NCBI GenBank assembly: GCA_000002445.1
Contig: CM000208.1
Location: forward strand, 1,408,001-1,472,000
Reading direction: 5' to 3'
From: Trypanosoma brucei
Lineage: Eukaryota
DNA: 64,000 nucleotides
The translations under genes were made by a program, and so were the position numbers. The notes beneath the pieces were generated by a model, which worked only from the letters and a program-made list of their open reading frames with translations, ran no database searches and was not told the origin of the DNA. This document shows, piece by piece, positions 63,382-64,000 of the stretch. Each line of letters opens with the position of its first letter. The first letter of the stretch is position 1.

Positions 63382-64000
63382 CTAGCTTTCAGTTGGCGCT
63401 TGCTCGTTGGTTGGCGCCACGCCTAGTTGGATAGAACTCTTTGCCGTCACGCTTGAATCGAGAGAGGCAGACTTTCGAGAACTGGTTATGTTTGAGCCCT
63501 TTCCCCCATCTGGTGTGACTTTTTCGACCTGGTTGAAGTCAGAAACGACTTTCGAGGTTACATCTTCGGTTGGTTTCACCTCACCATTCCCCGAAGGCAA
63601 TGTTTTCACCTTAGTGACCGCTGAGGCTTCTGTCGAACTGACCAGACCCCCTTTTTGGACGGTATGTCCTGATTTCTTCCGCCTGCTTGAAGACACACAT
63701 ATCAATTGGCCCTCCGTATAATCTTGGGTGGGAAGCAACTTATCACGGCGCCTCGTTTTAGGTGTCATTTTCTGAGACGGTGTTGCCGGCAGCGTCGACC
63801 GCCCCACTCCTCTTCGCAACGGCGTACGCGGCGATTCCTTCATGATGGCGTGTCCAATGTTCTCAGCATCCGAAAACCTCACCAACTTGCCGACGGGCCT
63901 GTCGCTTGACACATTATTAGCTTCCTCGCTTACACTCGCCTTCGAATCCACAAGAGTTGAAGGTAACTTTAACTGACGAGGCCGTGGGCGTACAGTCGTC
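63382..64000 (-). CDS. hypothetical protein, 3' portion only (the 5' end lies beyond the window)
   Basis: The minus-strand ORF is open from 63382 to the window edge. The track's M at 63951 is a GTG, and the frame continues (TTVRPRPRQLKLPSTL-VDSKASV...) without a stop to position 64000. S/T/K-rich, no recognised domain. Confidence 0.4.
   Translation of the reverse strand, partial: TTVRPRPRQLKLPSTLVDSKASVSEEANNVSSDRPVGKLVRFSDAENIGHAIMKESPRTPLRRGVGRSTLPATPSQKMTPKTRRRDKLLPTQDYTEGQLICVSSSRRKKSGHTVQKGGLVSSTEASAVTKVKTLPSGNGEVKPTEDVTSKVVSDFNQVEKVTPDGGKGSNITSSRKSASLDSSVTAKSSIQLGVAPTNEQAPTES

Overview
This 64 kb window appears to be nuclear chromosomal DNA from a kinetoplastid, most likely an African trypanosome (Trypanosoma brucei-group-like). 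The evidence is: intron-less genes packed head-to-tail on one strand, polypyrimidine tracts followed by AG upstream of each ORF (trans-splice signals), long poly-purine/pyrimidine and (TA)n, (GT)n, poly-G/C intergenic tracts, and two paralogues of the ESAG6/ESAG7 transferrin-receptor family. It is not prokaryotic: there are no Shine-Dalgarno sites or operons, no rRNA and no CRISPR, and I found no tRNA, although I scanned by eye only.

Layout. A plus-strand transcription unit (~1-13.9 kb, 7 genes) and a minus-strand unit (15.4 kb to beyond 64 kb, at least 16 genes) converge on a roughly 1.5 kb gene-poor strand-switch region at 13.9-15.4 kb, presumably a Pol II termination zone.

Housekeeping and organellar genes, in order along the window:
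- plus strand: a J-domain membrane protein and NAA15.
- minus strand, 16-18.6 kb: TMEM222/RTE1-family protein and a LigB-type extradiol dioxygenase.
- minus strand, 20-28 kb: an adenylate kinase ending in -SKL, VCP/CDC48 and an amino-acid transporter.
- minus strand, 32-42 kb: CFAP36 (BART domain), two adjacent poly-RanBP2-zinc-finger proteins and EF-1 beta.
- minus strand, 42-58 kb: a giant (about 4.7 k aa) VPS13-like lipid-transfer protein and an EFCAB10-like protein.

Accessory content. The most interesting part is the distal end of the plus-strand unit, 6.7-13.9 kb, just before the strand switch. It holds a surface-protein island. It contains an ESAG6-like gene with a hydrophobic GPI-signal tail and an ESAG7-like gene without one. 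Downstream is a 1,274-bp tandem duplication encoding two small secreted, probably GPI-anchored, acidic glycoproteins of a family I do not recognise. Their signal peptide, middle region and flanks are near-identical, but the N-terminal mature domains have diverged.

Method note. Many ORFs in the supplied track begin at GTG or TTG (shown as M). I moved each start to the first in-frame ATG after checking the nucleotides.
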